64,000 bases of DNA from Candidatus Altiarchaeota archaeon (GTDB taxonomy: Archaea > Altiarchaeota > Altiarchaeia > IMC4 > SCGC-AAA252-I15), in contig JAZDIN010000025.1 of assembly GCA_043804895.1 (NCBI GenBank), forward strand, positions 36,764-100,763, in the 5' to 3' direction. The notes under the pieces were generated by a model. It made no database searches. It saw only the letters and a list, made by a program, of their open reading frames with translations, and was not told the DNA's origin. Of the stretch, positions 63,466-64,000 are shown piece after piece. The position numbers were made by a program, and so were the translations under genes. Positions within the stretch are counted from its first letter, which is position 1. Every line of letters starts with the position of its first letter.

Positions 63466-63809
63466 TGAACGTCTTAGAAGAGAAGCCGGTCGCTCTCACT
63501 GATGTTTCCGCGATACTGAAGGAGAAGGATAAGGACTACACCGAGCGTGGCACAGAGTTGACGTACGAGCAGAAGCGTGCGTTCGAGCATGCGCAGAAGT
63601 TCAGCAAGGTCAGCGTCAAGGACGCTCAGGAGATGTCAGCAAAGCTAGCGGAACTTGGCATAACACTGAGCGACGATAGGATAGTCAAGATAATAGACCT
63701 GATGCCGAAGTCAGTCGATGACATCAGGGCGATTTTCGCAAAGGAGCGCTTCAAATACTCGGAAGAGGAGATCAAGAAGATTACTGACGTAGTTGATCAG
63801 TACCGTTAA
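63465..63809 (+). CDS. rpoF: DNA-directed RNA polymerase subunit F (Rpo4/Rpb4-like)
   Basis: 114-aa acidic helical protein (LTYEQKRAFEHAQKFS...IVKIIDLMPKSVDDIRAIF). It sits in the conserved archaeal L21e-RpoF-DUF655 gene order. Confidence 0.65.
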   Translation: MNVLEEKPVALTDVSAILKEKDKDYTERGTELTYEQKRAFEHAQKFSKVSVKDAQEMSAKLAELGITLSDDRIVKIIDLMPKSVDDIRAIFAKERFKYSEEEIKKITDVVDQYR

Positions 63810-63821
63810 GGGGTGGTTCCT

Positions 63822-64000
63822 GTGAAAAAAGACGACTATGCTCGAGTCCTAGATTACCTACCCAAAGGGAAATCAGACGTGCCGCCGCACAAGAGAAAGC
63901 CATTAGTGCAGGCCATAGGCGACAAATACTTCTCTCTTCTGGAGCTTTCCCCAAGGGAAGGTAAATTGTTCGAGCTTGGGGAGAGGATTTACATAGGTGA
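63822..64000 (+). CDS. DUF655-family protein (partial, continues past the window end)
   Basis: GTG start after GGGGTGG; VKKDDYARVLDYLPKGKSDVPPHKRKPLVQAIGDKYFSLLEL... Its conserved position after rpoF supports the call. Confidence 0.5.
   Translation, partial: MKKDDYARVLDYLPKGKSDVPPHKRKPLVQAIGDKYFSLLELSPREGKLFELGERIYIG

Noticed and set aside
1-64000. CRISPR arrays, rRNA genes, IS-element terminal inverted repeats
   Set aside because: No evenly spaced direct repeats, rRNA-like stretches, or transposase ORFs were seen. The only mobile-element signal is the LAGLIDADG gene at the left edge.

Overview
This window is an archaeal chromosomal segment: it carries the archaea-specific ribosomal proteins L40e, S17e, L44e, S27e and L21e, RpoF (Rpb4-like), the RFC small subunit, a GINS subunit, archease and isoleucyl-tRNA synthetase. 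GC is about 50% overall. The left edge (1-690) is an AT-rich patch carrying a two-motif LAGLIDADG homing endonuclease gene. That gene runs off the window and is absent from the ORF track. Coordinates 3.6-49.5 kb are one large surface-glycan / glycolipid biosynthesis island. It holds 6 GT4 and 6 GT2 glycosyltransferases, one ArnT/PMT-like GT-C protein and two further large polytopic membrane proteins. It also holds a Wzx-like flippase, a UDP-HexNAc:polyprenyl-P phosphotransferase, a complete GDP-D-glycero-D-manno-heptose pathway (GmhA, HddA, and a fused HddC-GmhB protein), a transaldolase and a Gmd/Rmd-like dehydratase-reductase pair. A CDP-hexose branch is present (RfbF, RfbG, a TylC3-type C-methyltransferase, an SDR), and a split transketolase is interrupted by a radical SAM gene. 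The island further contains two AsnB-type amidotransferases, 3 class-B (B12-binding) radical SAM enzymes plus a SPASM/twitch radical SAM, 3 class-I SAM methyltransferases, 7 SDR epimerase/dehydratase genes and an ArnC/ArnE/ArnF-like polyprenyl-P-sugar synthase/flippase module. The radical-SAM-dense tailoring block (34.5-44.5 kb), combined with the heptose and C-branched CDP-sugar pathways, is the best candidate here for an undescribed glycan-modification system. One tRNA-Gly(GCC) is present. A roughly 60-nt structured element with a covarying hairpin occurs twice, next to the tRNA and upstream of ileS. No CRISPR array was found. Everything was read by eye from the sequence; no searches were run.
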